DNA of 64,000 nucleotides from Marsupella aquatica. Lineage: Eukaryota; Plantae; Marchantiophyta. The notes beneath the pieces are model-generated. The model was given only the letters and a program-made list of their open reading frames with translations. It did not search any database and had not been told where the DNA came from. Shown here in pieces: positions 11,820 through 25,030 of this stretch. The stretch lies in assembly GCA_973895155.1 (NCBI GenBank), contig OZ316896.1:9993525-10057524 (forward strand), in the 5' to 3' direction. The stretch's first letter is position 1. The number at the start of each line of letters is the position of its first letter. A program made the translations under genes and the position numbers.

Positions 11820-14800
11820 TCACAAGTAAGTCATGGTCACAGAACCCATTTGATACACATCTAAACTGTTCACCTTGATGGGGGTGGTTCCGTTGTTGAA
11901 TAGGAATATTCTTGCTTTGGAGCCGATGGCCAATGTGGGATATATTCTGGCAGTGATAGTAAATCTTCCACCTTGCACAAAAGTTTCCACAATCGAGTGA
12001 TCCACCTACATTCATGCGGCGTTCACAAGTTTAGTGGTGATGTTAACAAGCTAATCACATACATCGGAAAGCAGAGCACTCCGATCCCAGACCCAGCGAA
12101 TAACCTCAGCGGGACAAGATTATACATCTGGGAAGTATCTTGGAGGCAAGATAGTCGATGTACTATGCGGAGTAGAGTGCATTTTAAACAAAGTAAGAAA
12201 CCAAATAGACCTAAGACATGCAGAATGAGGAAGCGAGACTCACAAGAACACGTAAAGTTAGTTCCTCGTCCGATTCCAGGACCTCGAGATAACTTCCATA
12301 AACAGTCCTCTCGAGATCACCTTCATCGTACATCGAGGAGCTGCATCACGAATCACGTCTGTCAGTTCCTTCATTTGAATCTGCTGATAACGTCGCTACC
12401 ATTCTACTGTTCACTTCGCGTGCTAGAATAGAAATTCCATTGATCCAATTACAGCAAGGAGATGGGAGGTAAACTCAGTCTTCTCTCGAAGAAGCATGCT
12501 GTCAGAAGAAGCCTGACCTTCAAATACACTTGATGAATGAACAACGAACAAATGACAGATTCTTTAAAGTGGTTTGCAAATACCCGCTCTGGTCGCTGCA
12601 CACCATTGTACCCCATCCTCCATGCGTCTTGCGAACAATGTAGAAGAATATGTCGGAATGCTCAATCCGATCAACATCAGCGAGGACATTCAGCCCGAAG
12701 GGGCCAAACGTGCTCCTCTTATTAGCCATATTGCTGCAGTTAAAACCCTCCAGTGGAACGATCTCCTCGTCTCCACTTATATCCGGCTTCTCAAATGCCA
12801 ACAAAATATCCAACTGAACATTCGAAAACACAGATTGTAGAAAATAAACTCGTCAGCTGAATTGCGCGGAATGTAAACTAATACATAGGAATCTGCCTTT
12901 CCACACCGTACTCATAACCGAAATACTAAGCGTTAGCAGGTAAAACTTCACCAACCAAGGAAAGGGAGTAATAATCCAAAAACTTCCACCAGAGGCACAA
13001 TGAGCTACATCAGGAACGAAGTCCTTCGCTAGCCGAGGACAAGGTTGGCCTTCAGGTAGGCTCACAGACAGATTGCGTCCAATCTCAAGATGAAATACAT
13101 CCTCTCAATATTAGACCATCCATACTACCTATGCGGGGACACATCAATAAAGCTAAAAGATGACATTGAAGTTCAGAAGCTTATGACAAGCTAAGGATAT
13201 CCAAGTACCTGCTGCCCATCACCTCCATCCACTGGCATGACTTGCGTTGGCTGTAAATCGATGCCCTTGTAACTCGTGAGGGCTCCGCGCAGGGCCTCCA
13301 CCTCCTCAATCGGCCATTGCAGAACATTCGATTCTGTTTTTGGATCCAACCATACTGTCCTGGGAATAGACTGCACAGCCAAGGCACGCACAACCATTAA
13401 TCTTAGACATCATGGAATGAAATTGCGTTGACACATACTTCTAGGCCATACAAACAACAATTTCACGTCAGAAAAACAATTCAAGATGTTTCAAACTTCT
13501 TGCTTAGAGGAATCGACGTCTACGTCTATTTCCTAGAAAAGAAGAAAGGGTACATCATTGAGTTAGCACTTACTTGAAGGCAAGCCCATCCTTTCTTAAT
13601 GTCATCAGCTTCGCTGTCAGCCTCATGGACGTAGCCCCACAAGACACGCCTATTTTTGCTGGTGTCATAGAAAGTCTTGGAGGCGTAGAATCTTCCGTAA
13701 TCGTATCGGAGGCCAATGCCCACGTCGTTTGCAGGATCGTCAGGAGTCCACTGGTGAGTTTTCGTGGAATAGGTGCCTATGGCATAATAATCTTTCCTAG
13801 TTTCGTCCATTCCTGCCTTCAGCACATACTTCATGCCATCACGATAGATCTCCGGATTTCTGGGCTCCCCTTTACCGAGCTCACTTTCAGGAATCGTGGG
13901 AAACAAATCTAGACACTCCCAAGTTCCTGTTCCCTTCACCAAGTGCAGATTTGTCTCGTGTCGAGTCCAGTTATAGAAGTCTGGGCTGGTGTAGAAGAAT
14001 CCAACCCCATCCCTGGTTCCGTCAGGATTGATTATCACCGATGGAATAGACAATTTCCATAACGGGTCACCCTCCTCCAGCCATGCGGTTGTAGGATCTC
14101 GGAAGGCCTGAGAGCTACCGCCCTGAGGTGGATAGATAAGTGGGTTGGCATCTACCTTCTCCCATTCGAGTAGATAAGGATCGGAGGGGTCGACCGGCCG
14201 GGCCATGCTGATAGATTGGTTAGCGTCACCCCCAAATAAACCTCGCCCACCAGTGTAGAGAATTACCGGAACATCGTCCACAATGCTCACGTAGCCAGAC
14301 CAGGTACCTTGGATATCATACCACTGGTCGGGTTGCATGCTGATTGGGAGGTACTTCCAGTGAATCAAATCAGTGGACACAGTATGCCCCCACGTAATGT
14401 TTCCCCATACTCTATCGTACGGATTCCACTGATACCATAGGTGGTAGTGTCCCTTGTAATACATCGGTGCTGCAAGTTTGTTTCACAGAGTAAACCAGAT
14501 CAGCTGGACATACAGAATACTGAAGTAGTGTATTTTAATTTATCTCTCTAACGGAAAGACTATATTGTATGAATACTGCAATCCCTTCATGTGATCGGAA
14601 CAAATTGATTCCACTGCAAACATTGAGACTGGCACATTCAGACCAAACAGACCGAACCCAGTTGCCTGTCAATATATTGACCTGACCTGACTAGACTACA
14701 ATGGATGACCTCAGCCCAGATTGTGGCTATTCGCTGCAACGAATAGCCACAAAGGGTGCAAGGAACCCAAGATGAACTCCAAGCGTGGCCTTGAAAGATA

Positions 14801-17573
14801 AAGACCGGACCAACACAAAATGATAAACACCAAGCCCTCACACATGGAGGGGAGCGCGCACTGCTACTGTCAGTTACCAGCAGAGTGAAGGGAGTTCAAA
14901 CAAAATGCTAGCCAGTCAAATGTGGGGACAGGCCCGACTTCACGTTACATGAACTTTGGGCACGATCGGAAAAACCATTCCCGATCCTTGTAACCTGCTA
15001 ATGGGTCCCCGTCTTAGCTGATGTGGCATGCCTTCGACCGTCTTTCTACTTAGGATCTTGCACTTATTTTCTCCAGACCGGACACCCTTTCTTAAAACTT
15101 GAATGTGTGCAATGGACACCTCACGTTGGCAACGGCTGAAACAGAAATTCTTCGTGCCCCCGAGTTCTTGTAAAGGCCCTTAAATCAAATGAGGGCGCTG
15201 TTCAGCGCTATCAGGTTCTGTATAATGATGACGATGCTCGCCGTCAATAGTTTACGAATGCGTTATGGTGAAGACGGATTCGGGAAGGACTGCGACTGAC
15301 TTGAAACCTAGTGGCATCGTCTCAACGCTTCAAAGTTCCGAATGATGGCTTTGGGCCATAACCAAATGGCCATAGCTTTCCCACAGGCTTTTGTAAAAGT
15401 TCTATTTTGTTTTTTTTGCACTACCTCCTACAGTAACTTACGGTCATAGCATATGACCAATCTTTATGGCAAAGAGTTACGGATCATGTATTCAACAGTC
15501 CATAACTTTTTCTATTTCTAACCTGAAGTACTCAAATACAGCCAATCAATTTTTGACGTTTGAGACCCCCTAATGTCTGGACAGGAACAAATCCAGGCCC
15601 TGGATAACAATCCCCAAATCACATGAAAACTCCAATGTCTGACAAAGAAAAACTCCAGAGCACTGTATTTTTTCAATGTAGGAGAGTCGGAGGGGCAGAG
15701 ACTGGGAGACACAGTAAACGACTCATCGAGTTCCCGCAAACCTTCCCAAGAGAGTGGGGACTGGGAATGATAGGGGCCAACTATGGGCTCCATACTATGC
15801 CGGTGATCCCTAACAGTTTTTGGAACTGGATATGATTCCCAATGATATGCAACCGTTGATCAAACGGAGCATTCCCCACCTTCCAGAAAGAGTCGGGATG
15901 ATAGGAATCTTCTGTTAATACCCAAGAATGGGCCCTCCGACTTGTCTACATTCTGGCAGCCTCTAGTGAGGTCTCTCTTGCTTTATCAGGACCAGTGGGG
16001 TAGAAAAACAACACAGGAAGTCCAGACGCCCAAAGATTAGAGAAATGAAGGTGAAGACAACTAGAGTCAAATTGTCCATCATTACTTTAAAGTCATAATT
16101 GCAGAATTTCATGATTGCAGAGTTTCATGATTGCAGTGTTTCCGATAGGTAAATGGAATCAAGGAAAAAACTCTGTTCACTCAACCATTGGTGTAAAACG
16201 AATATTATGTCGGAAAGACTCGCTTAAAGTAAACCAATCAGATACTCATATCATAAGCCCCTTCCTTTGAGTTCATTCAGGGCCAACCTGACAGAAGAGC
16301 AGGGGAAAAGTAACTGTTCAAAGTCACTTACGTGACGGCAGTCAACAACAGAAACACAGCTACGAAGCGAGAATCAAGGGACGACATTCGGCTACTGTTC
16401 CGGTCCCATGGACCGCGACCAGAACACCCGACACATCATTATTAAAGCCAAACGACCAAAAAGGTGCCGTTATGCCCTATATAGACCCTCTCCTTGTGAG
16501 CGCATTGCTGAGTGTACTATGAGTGCATTGTGTATGTGTGCGTTGAGTGCATGTATGTGATAGTTTGTCTAAACCAAAGAGGGGAGGAAGGAGAGCGGGT
16601 GCTTACCACAGGGATCTGCTCGAAGCATCGGCAAGCAAAGCCCATCAATCGACGTGAATCAGAGGACAGACAGTTCACAAGAAAACTGGTCAGTAACCGT
16701 ACGAGAGAGCAATTACCAATTGACAACAGCTTTTCCCAAGCCTAGCTCGTGACCTGTCCTCTACAAAGTGAGGAGAACTTTAACGACAAACGCTACAAGT
16801 CATCCAAATGACTGGTTATCAGCTTCTCGCTGGCGAAAGACCCACCCAAAAGCTCAAAACTTAAAGTCAACCTCAACAGCATGAAAACATTTAGTTAGAT
16901 GCACCTCGATTGAGTAATATCCCAGGTAGTACGACCTCGAGTTACAAGACAATAAAACCTTACTTTCAAGAGCTCTTCAGCAGCTTCTACATTGTGTAGA
17001 TTAGTAGATGCATCTTACTAGAGCAACCCCAATGAACCATTACTTTCATATCTCTGAGCAGCTTCAATCTCAAAGATTGGGGAAGAAAACAACTTGAAAG
17101 GCTGAGTGGCACAAAATATCCAACTCTGTCCTGAGAGGCAAGTATTGGAAACTAAGCTCAATTTTGGGCACATAACATGGGAACATGGGGAGCGGATCAT
17201 TCTCACCGCTCATAAAGTTGTTCGGAGGCTGGAAGTGAAAATGCGTGCGCTGAGCTGTGAAAAAGGTCAGCTTCTCGGCATCCTCCTCGCCCTCATTCAC
17301 CGCCAGTTGTTGGCCGCCTCCTCCAACTCTGCTCTGCTGCAGACGAGTGTTTCTGAAGTCATGCGAGGAACTGAGGAACACGATTGCCCCAATGCAGCAG
17401 ACCGCGACCACCAATGCTACGCTCATGCTCCTCCACTGATACAGGCACCCACGGCCCAAACTCTCACCAGCCTCTCCGTCTGCACCCGTCATGTCTCGAG
17501 CAATGCCCTCCTCATCCGCTCCTCCACCATTTTCTGGGTGGAGCAGCGGTGCTTCCATCTCGGACTTACCCAT
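11820..17573 (-). CDS. Glycoside hydrolase family 32, vacuolar-invertase clade, with fructosyltransferase-type motifs; ~648 aa, 7 exons
   Basis: Exons 17573-17207, 16615-16607, 14469-13574, 13370-13209, 12813-12584, 12340-12244, 12005-11820. All introns are GT-AG and the total of 1947 nt is in frame. Motifs RTHFHFQP, FMSDPCAP, FRDPTTAW, WECLD, LRYDYGRFYASKTF, RRVLWGY, VLQWPIEE, VDHSIVETF. The N-terminus has EAPLL and a single TM helix. Confidence 0.95.
14945..15172. mobile_element. Small MITE-like element with imperfect terminal inverted repeats, in intron 2 of the GH32 gene
   Basis: ttacatgaactttgggcacga at ~14945 is inverted as tcgtgcccccgagttcttgtaa at ~15152-15172. Related termini occur at ~22661-23000 and ~26835-26950. 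Confidence 0.55.
15345..15515. repeat. Dispersed repeat, probably a non-autonomous TE end; other copies at ~48081-48260 and ~50415-50570
   Basis: All three loci share ggcca/cta...aatggtc..aacttt..., atgac(c/t)aatc(t/c)tta..gcaaa(a/g)agt...gga...agtc.(a/g)taa in the same order. Confidence 0.7.
16607..16615 (-). CDS. 9-nt micro-exon of the GH32 gene, contributing D-P-C of the catalytic box
   Basis: The minus strand reads agcag|ATCCCTGTG|gtaagc. The phases join exon 1 (...ATG AGC G) to exon 3 (CA CCG ATG). Size and position match the known DPN mini-exon of plant acid invertases. Confidence 0.9.
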
Positions 17574-17955
17574 CGTTCTTCCACTCACCCAAAAGCTCTA
17601 GCTGAAGCCTAGCAATCAGCATACATTGCTTTTCAGACTCTCAGAGATCGGGTTCACGAGTGAGAGATTGAGCACAGCAGAGACGAGGGTTTAGACTTTG
17701 AGAGATCGAGCACTACAGAGAGATGTGACTAGCGACCAACACACATTGCATTCAGCCTCGCAGAAATCGGAGCACTCCTCTCAGAGATCGAGAGAAGCAG
17801 AGAGGAGTATCAGCAATCGAGGAAATTCCTCTTGGAGATGGAGCACGGCAGGAGAGGAGAGTACTTCGAGATCACTGCACCAACTTCTGTCGCACTCATC
17901 GCTCGGCCGATCTCTCCCGAGAGAGCGCACTCGCGAGGTCGAATTGATGCTGCCC

Positions 17956-17961
17956 TTTATA
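17956..17961 (-). promoter_or_regulatory. Putative TATA box of the GH32 gene
   Basis: The minus strand reads CCTATAAAGGG about 385 bp upstream of the ATG at 17573, followed by a CT-rich leader. Confidence 0.5.
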
Positions 17962-18187
17962 GGAATGGGAGCATCTGAACGTGAGGCCCGCAGATATTTC
18001 CGCGAGCACAGTAGACAGCGTTTTTGTACGTAGGCAGGAAGAGCGGTGGAGAGGGGTTCGAGTGATGGGTCTATTGATTCGGAGGCTGACTCATGTCCTC
18101 ACGGCGACTCCAGCGCAGACACGTAAGGGCTTCCGTCGTTACGTTCGGTCCCTTCGTTCATGCGTACGACGTCAGGCACGAGAAGAA

Positions 18188-18917
18188 AAATTCCAGCAAT
18201 TTAACTACACTTGTAACCAGGCCCCTAACCAAAGAGATTTTGTCACAAGAGTTGAACTATTGCGAATGCCAACTTCCAGCAATTTACCTACTACACTTGT
18301 AACCAGGCCAACTTCCAGAAATTTACCTACACTTCTAACCAGGCCCGTGATCAAAGAGATTCCGTCACAAGAGTTGAACTATTGCAAATGCTAACTTTCA
18401 GCAATTTAACTACACTTGTAACCAGGCCCGTGACCAAAGAGGTTTCATCACAAAAGCTGAACCTCTGCAAATGCTAAATTCCAGCAATTTAAGTACACTT
18501 GTAACTAGGCTCGTCACCAAAGAGGTTTCCCTCACAAAAGTTAAACTGCTGCAAATGCTAAATTCCAGCAATTTAACTACACTCGTAACCAGGCCCGTGA
18601 CCAAAGAGGTTTCCTCACAAAAGTTGAGCTGCTGCAAATGCTAAATTCCAGCAATTTAACTATACTTGTAACCAGGCCCGTGACCAAAGAGGTTTCCTCG
18701 CAAAAGTTGAGCTGCTGCAAATGCTAAATTCTAGCAATTTAACTACACTTGTAACCAGGCCCGTGACCAAAGAGGATTTGTCACAAAAGCTGAACCTCTG
18801 CAAATGCTAAATTCCAGCAATTTAACTACACTTGTAACCAGGCCTGTGACCAAAAAGGTTTTGTCACAAAACCTGAAGTGCTGCAAATGCTAAATTCTTA
18901 GCAATTTAACTACACTT
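18188..18917. repeat. 83-bp tandem array, about 8-9 copies, upstream of the GH32 gene
   Basis: Unit aaattccagcaatttaactacacttgtaaccaggcccgtgaccaaagaggtttcctcacaaaagttgagctgctgcaaatgct. tacactt occurs at 18411, 18494 and onward to 18911 with an 83-bp period. Confidence 0.93.
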
Positions 18918-21606
18918 CTTCTCCTTCTTCTTCTTCTTTTTTTAAATTTAAAGGGCAGCAGTGCGCCCGTTTATTCCAGAGGCCACAGCGGTGAAGACCA
19001 GTAGGGCACCAAAAAATAACAAACCCAGAGGACCAATGTACACAAGTACCACACTTAAATGGGAAAATCCACCCAAAGAAAACCACTAACACCCCACACA
19101 AAGGATGACATGCAAGAACAAGGGCCGACCACCCAACAAAAGGCAAGAGCCCTGAAACAAAGCACCTCCCAAAAGAGAAGTTGGCTGTCCCCCAGGCAAC
19201 AGCAAGTCAGACTCCCCAAAAAAAGGGACCAAAGGGGGAGCATGGTCATTGCATCTAATCGAGCAGAGTTAGCTCAAAAAGTGTGTTGGCAACGCTCCAA
19301 CCAGATGCTATGAATCATCGTGTGAATAAGAAGAAGGAAACCAGGGTTGTATTTTGGGGACCTAGTCGCAGTATCAAGCTTGCCAAAGAAAGAGCAGCCT
19401 GCAGCCTTGCCCAGACTAGTGCCCACGGTTGTGTGTTCAAGTTGCATCCATCGTGGGCAAAGCTGACAGCAATCATAGAACAAATGTTCAACCGTTTCAC
19501 TGGCCGCTTTACACGCGGTGCGCAGTCCATCACTCACATCCCGTTTAAGAGCACAAGAGTTGGAGAAAAACCCAACGTGAAGCACCTTCCAAAAATCTAG
19601 CTTAACACTAGGAGAGGATAAACTTGTCCACAGATGGATCCACCTACTCCTCCATGTCACATGAGAATCAAGAGAGACTCGACGGCAATTGAGTTGTGTT
19701 CAATGGGAGGCATAGGTTGTTGCAAGATGGTGGCCTAGGTTTTAGTGGGAGATTCCACCCTTTCTTAACTCCCATCTGCCATGTCCACGTCCACCCATCA
19801 GAGGTACGTACGCAAAAGCCCTTCTGTGAACCCTAAAACCCTAAACCCCTTGGAGCTGTTCAATAAAGCAAGGAGATGTGGGAGTAGTCGCAAGGTCAGG
19901 GCCCTGGTGAAACGATGAAGCCCAACCTGAATCTGGTTAACAGTTTTCCAGCCCTGGCCATGGGTGACAAGATCTGCCACTGTGTGGATTTTCCGAGTAG
20001 CTAGTCAAGAAACTTTTACAACCCCGCAGCTCCCACTCTGTGCCATTCAGGTGACTCTCCAATAGAAGAAAAAGTTGGTCAATTGAGAGATAAGTGGGGA
20101 TTTTCCCATCACTAGGATGAAAGTCAAGCTTGCAATGAGCAGACTCCCAACCCCTAAGCATGGAGTTAACAGTAGAAGCAGAAGAAATTTTCAGACAAGG
20201 AGAGAGGAGGAGGAGATCACTAGGGTCCCAAAATTTCTGCTCCTTTTTAAATGGGCCCTTCCTAGCAATGAAATTGAACAAGGACTGGCTGCACCATGTC
20301 CACCCATGCGGTATCAAACCTAGTGAGAAGCTTGGTGAGGCTCCTCATCTTACACACTTGAGATTGCAGCTCAAACGGTCAAAGAGCTAGCCCCCCTTCA
20401 TTATAAGGGCAGGAAGATAGTGTCCCAAGCAACAAGAGCTTTTTTGTTGGTACCGTTGAGAGTCTGGCCCCACAAGAATGTACAACATATCTTTTCAAGT
20501 TGCTTATACCCAGTCTTTTAAGTATTAGGCAACCTGAGATGATACCCAGGAATAGCACGGAGGACATGCTTCAACAGGACCAGATGGCCAGCCTGTCAGA
20601 GTGTCCGGTTGGTCCAATGTCGTAGATGTTTTCTGACCTTGTCCATGAGAAACTCAGTCTCTTGTGCGGGTCAAAGGCCAGTTCCAATGGGACAGCCCAG
20701 GTAGGTAATAACCTCCCCCTTCCTAGCAATGCGACAACCAGAGCTTTCAATCCATTCAGGACTCTTAGAAGTATCAAGCTAGATGATAACAGATTTGACA
20801 ATGTTCAATAGAGCACCCGAGACACGCTCGTACTTGTGCACCACACTCCAAGCTGCCTGAAATTCCGCTTTAGTTGCTTTGAGGAACAAACCAGTGCGAA
20901 AACCAGTGTCATCAGCAAAAAGTTGATGAAGAAGCTTATGTCGATTGTCAGTGGGTACGTACCATCCTCAAGTTTAGCTTCAAGCATACTCATCAGCGGT
21001 TGTGTAGCTAGTGCAAACAATAGAGGTGCAATCGGGCACCCTTGTCTTACCCCACGCTCCAAAGGGATCTCCCTGGTAAAGCCCCCGTTGACATGAACCT
21101 TTGAAGGAGCATTGAGAACAAGACCTTGAATGAGAGAAATAAATTCCTGATCAAAATTCATGTGTCTCATTGTGTCCCAAAGGAAATTATGATCCACATA
21201 TCATATGCTTTGGCAAAATCCAGTTTTAGAAAAATAGTAGGTTGGTGAGTGATGCTTGCAAACTCTTGGCCCACCTTGAAATCCAAGACATGATCCATGA
21301 TGTTGCATGCGACCAGCAATAAACCCAGTCTGTTGTGGTGCAACCAATTGTGGGATCACCTTTTTCAACCTGTTGGCAAGGAGCTTGGCAACAATCTTGT
21401 GTGTAATAGTGAGCATGGTAAGAGGTCTCCAATTGGTCAAGAGTTGAATGTCACCACTCTTTGCGATAAGCTTAATGACACCTGTGGAGGCTTATGAGGT
21501 GAGTAACCCGTCTCTCCAAAAGGCTTGTATCATGGCGCAACTGTCAGTGCACATCCAATCCCAAAAATCTTGGAGAATTTCAGTTCTGACTCCATCCAAA
21601 CCTGGT
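18918..21606 (-). mobile_element. 5'-truncated, frameshifted non-LTR retrotransposon (L1-clade LINE: RT plus C-terminal Cys/His region)
   Basis: Fragments PGLDG, NWRPLTML, LLANRLKKVIPQLVAPQQTGFIAGR, RGVRQGCPIAPLLF, C..ASETVEHLFYDC, IHSIWLER across several frames. A 3' A/(GAA)n tail lies at 18918-18945. Confidence 0.9.
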
Positions 21607-24600
21607 CATCTCAAAGCTAATCAGGCCGAATTGGTCACAAAAACTGAACTGTTGCAAATGTCCTCTCTTTAGTAGAGTACACTGTATTTTTTAGAATCAT
21701 AGAATCATATGCATAGAAGGTATGGGCAGAATCATGTGCATAAACAAAAGATTTGGAGGCATTTTCAGGCCCCCACCACAAAACTGAACTGAAAGTTCAG
21801 CCAATAATTAATAAAGCTAATAATAGGGTGTTGGGTAAAGTTGGGTCATTACTTAAGGGCCGTCTTGCATGTGCAAGGTCCTTTGCTTTCCGACCCTGAA
21901 ATGAACCTGTGGCATGAGTTCATGAAGCAAGAGTTTGGCAGTCCTTATGGCGTCTTTGGATGAGATGCAAGGGCAAGGGCCTTGAGGTCCCAATTCAAAC
22001 TTTCAAATCTCAATAAAATAAAATAGCATTGATCATTATAAGACAAAGGAGTAGACGCAACCCCGGACGCAACTGAGTGGGTGCATCACACGTTACTTTA
22101 GATTCTTTGCTTGAGTTTAGATTCAGCTTTACACTTTTTCCCAACATTTGTGGGCTGGTAAGGGCCGCTTTTTTTAGGACTCTTGCACATGCAAGATAGC
22201 TTTAAAGCTTAGTATGAATTTGAATTTGTGGTCCATCCTGCAACTCGGGTTATGAGAAGAGTTATGGCCTCACTTGTGTTCACAACATGTATCATTTTTC
22301 TTTCATTCTCGTTCAGCTGCCACGTACCTCAAATGCAACAACCAACATCACGATAGGCACACAGCCCATAGTTGCAGCTTTCTGGAATTCTGGAGTCTTG
22401 GGATTTTGGATTTTCACCTAAAGTTGTGGAAAAATTATGGGTCAAACGTTGAGTCTACAGGCTTTCCTTATGGTAACCAAAGATTGACCCTGATAGCTTT
22501 TACGGGAGTGCCTATGATAGTTGAGTTACAGGGGTTATCAACGTCAACATTGGGGTTTGAGACGCCCTAGCATACAATGTCTAATGGACCGCCGTGGTTT
22601 ACAATATCTTGGGCTGGGGCCGCCTAGCCAATCAAATGTGGCAAGGGTCTAGACTTTGCTTTGCATGAACTTAGGGAAATAATTGGGCAAATCCATTACC
22701 TAACCTAGTCATATGTTAGTGGGCCCTGTTCTTTTGCTGATGTGTACATGTTTTTTTTTCAAAAACTTAGACCTTCTCTTGAGGTGGTCCAAAAGAATGA
22801 AGCAAGTGTAGGCTTCAATCTATTCAAAGTTGCATTTTATTATCTCCAAACATGATTCACGTTGGCTTAGGAAGTTTGACTTTAGTATATGGAACTAAAG
22901 TCAAACTTTTTTTTTTGTTTTTTTGTTTTTTTATATGGAACTGGCCATCAACTTTGCTTTGGATGGGGAGACACCAAACAGCCCCTACCGTCTTGTAAAG
23001 CACCCTTAAGAGCTATGTTCCATCAACCTTGAAATTGTGAGGGCTTCCCTTTGATCTCCAAAAAGTGTGGACAAAATCTTAGCGGCTCTTTGCTTCAGGG
23101 TAACCCTCAAGTTCAAAATCAGAGTGGAAGGGCTGCGGGCCTTCCACCCTCCTTTGACAGCCCTCAAGCTTACTGGCACCTTCAGAAGATAATATTTTCC
23201 CCTCTCAATAGCCCATGTTTGCTGACGGTCACTGTTCAAAGAACACTTAAGAAATTTACAACACTCTAACCATTGTAATCAACTGATTGAGAAATTTCCA
23301 AGTGAGGAATTTAATTCATTTGGATTTGAGCTTCAATCTTCACGTCTATAAAGAGAGGGTTACCCTGAAGCGACCAGTGTGTGCCAGAGAGAAGTTGCTG
23401 CTATTTTCTTGCTTCTCCTTTTTTTTCAAGCCTGGTCTAGAGAGCCTGAGATCAATGCGGCTGCTGCTTCAGGAGTGGAGGGTGAATTGGTGGGCTTAGA
23501 GAAGGCTTTTTGGGATGGCGGATAGGAGAGCTTTTGCTTAGTAACGTCAAAGCAATGACACATCAACTTTTTCTCAACAACAATACTAAAAACAATGACA
23601 ACCTTGTCCCAAATTTTCAGAGATTGATGAGATTGTCATACTTCTGTTTGATCTAAGACAGAATTGTTGGACGTTCCGTTGCCAAAAATGTGCATCAACA
23701 TAATTGTCGGTCCTTAGTTTGCCAAAGTGTGTGCTCAGGCTGCTCGTTACGGTTGTGGGGCAATTGATTGTATGACACATTGATGTCAGAGAAAATCTTC
23801 GACACTTTTGAAGAATTAGGTGTTGATTCCCTAGCATGATTGTACATTAATACTCCTGTTGTGTATACAAAAGGGTCGTTGCTCCTATTCTTCTTGCTCG
23901 GGTTCTTGCTCTTCTCCTTATGTTTCTGAAGCCTCTGCCTTTGCAACATTGTAGTCTTTGGTTGCTGTTGTGCACTGCTGCTTCTGGAGCTATATGCTAC
24001 AACTTGCAGCCAGTTTGAAGGAGAAAGGTCAATGAGTTTGAGCTTTGTTGTAAAGATAGATAGATAGGAGGTCAAGAGAATGTACAGCGTTCCACTGTCA
24101 CAAGTGTTTGACTCACCCACCAAAAGTGCCTGTGGTGGAGCCGGTGAACGGTAGGTGCTTCTGCTCGGGAAAGGTTCTCAAGGGGGCCCATAGAAAGGGA
24201 TGTGGTCGAGCCCTCAAATGCCGTTTCACGGCACGACCAGACCAGGTTAGGGCCCACTTGAGGCTGATGGAACGGTGCTCTAAGGGTATCTCAAAGAGTG
24301 TAGGGTCAAATCTACAGTAGTAGTATGCTGAAATAAGAGTGTCTCTAAGAGGCAGGTCCAAAATGGACCCTTAACCCCAACTTTAAAAAATCATTTAGGG
24401 GCTGATTTAAAGGGGGTTTGGCTTTCCAACGGTGGCCCCTATTACTGAATAAATAATACATGTTTAGGGTAGGATAGCTTCAGAATGGTGGCTCTTATCC
24501 CCAGGCAAAAAAATAAAACCATTTAGGGCTGATTTTGGAGAGATGGTTTCTTGGGGGGGATCATTATATGAGTGTCATTTATCACGTGCCACGGTTCGGA

Positions 24601-24831
24601 TCATATGGAGTGCCATATATCACGTGCAAAGGTTCGGATCATTTATGGCCCACCTAAATCACTTTTTAGAAAGTTGTATTGCGCCAATCACATGATAACA
24701 CATAGTTATGCATTTCACAATTAAACAACCTTATATTTCCATTGAAAACTTAATAAGTCTTTCTCAAAAATAATTTTAAATGACCATATATGTAATTGCA
24801 GGTGATGTGTCACTTCTATTGAAGTAAACCC

Positions 24832-25030
24832 TTCCAGGATGGCTTCCCAAGGGTGGCCCCTATCTCTAAATCAATGATAACCACCTTGCACTTTCATAAC
24901 CCCGGCTGCCATATTTGGTGCAAATAGTTTCCAAGGATGGCTTCCCAAGGGTGGCCCCTATCCATAAATCAATGACAACCGCCTTGCACTTTCATAACTT
25001 ACCCCGGCTGCCATATTTGGTGCAAATAGT
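24832..25030. repeat. Tandem duplication of ~100 bp within probable DNA-transposon-derived sequence
   Basis: ggatggcttcccaagggtggcccctat...ccttgcactttcataac...cccggctgccatatttggtgcaaatagt occurs twice. Confidence 0.85.

Noticed and set aside
16802-16810. Canonical invertase mini-exon sequence ATCCAAATG within intron 1 of the GH32 gene
   Set aside because: It is on the + strand, opposite to the gene, and lacks AG/GT flanks. The properly flanked micro-exon is 16615-16607.
18188-18917. CRISPR-like appearance of the 83-bp array (and of the 27-, 32- and 19-bp arrays)
   Set aside because: The units are head-to-tail with no unique spacers, there are no cas genes, and the context is eukaryotic.
23000-24361. 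Cluster of 60-140 aa ORFs suggesting a gene or transposase
   Set aside because: There is no consistent frame, splice pattern or recognisable motif. It is probably decayed TE sequence but cannot be assigned.
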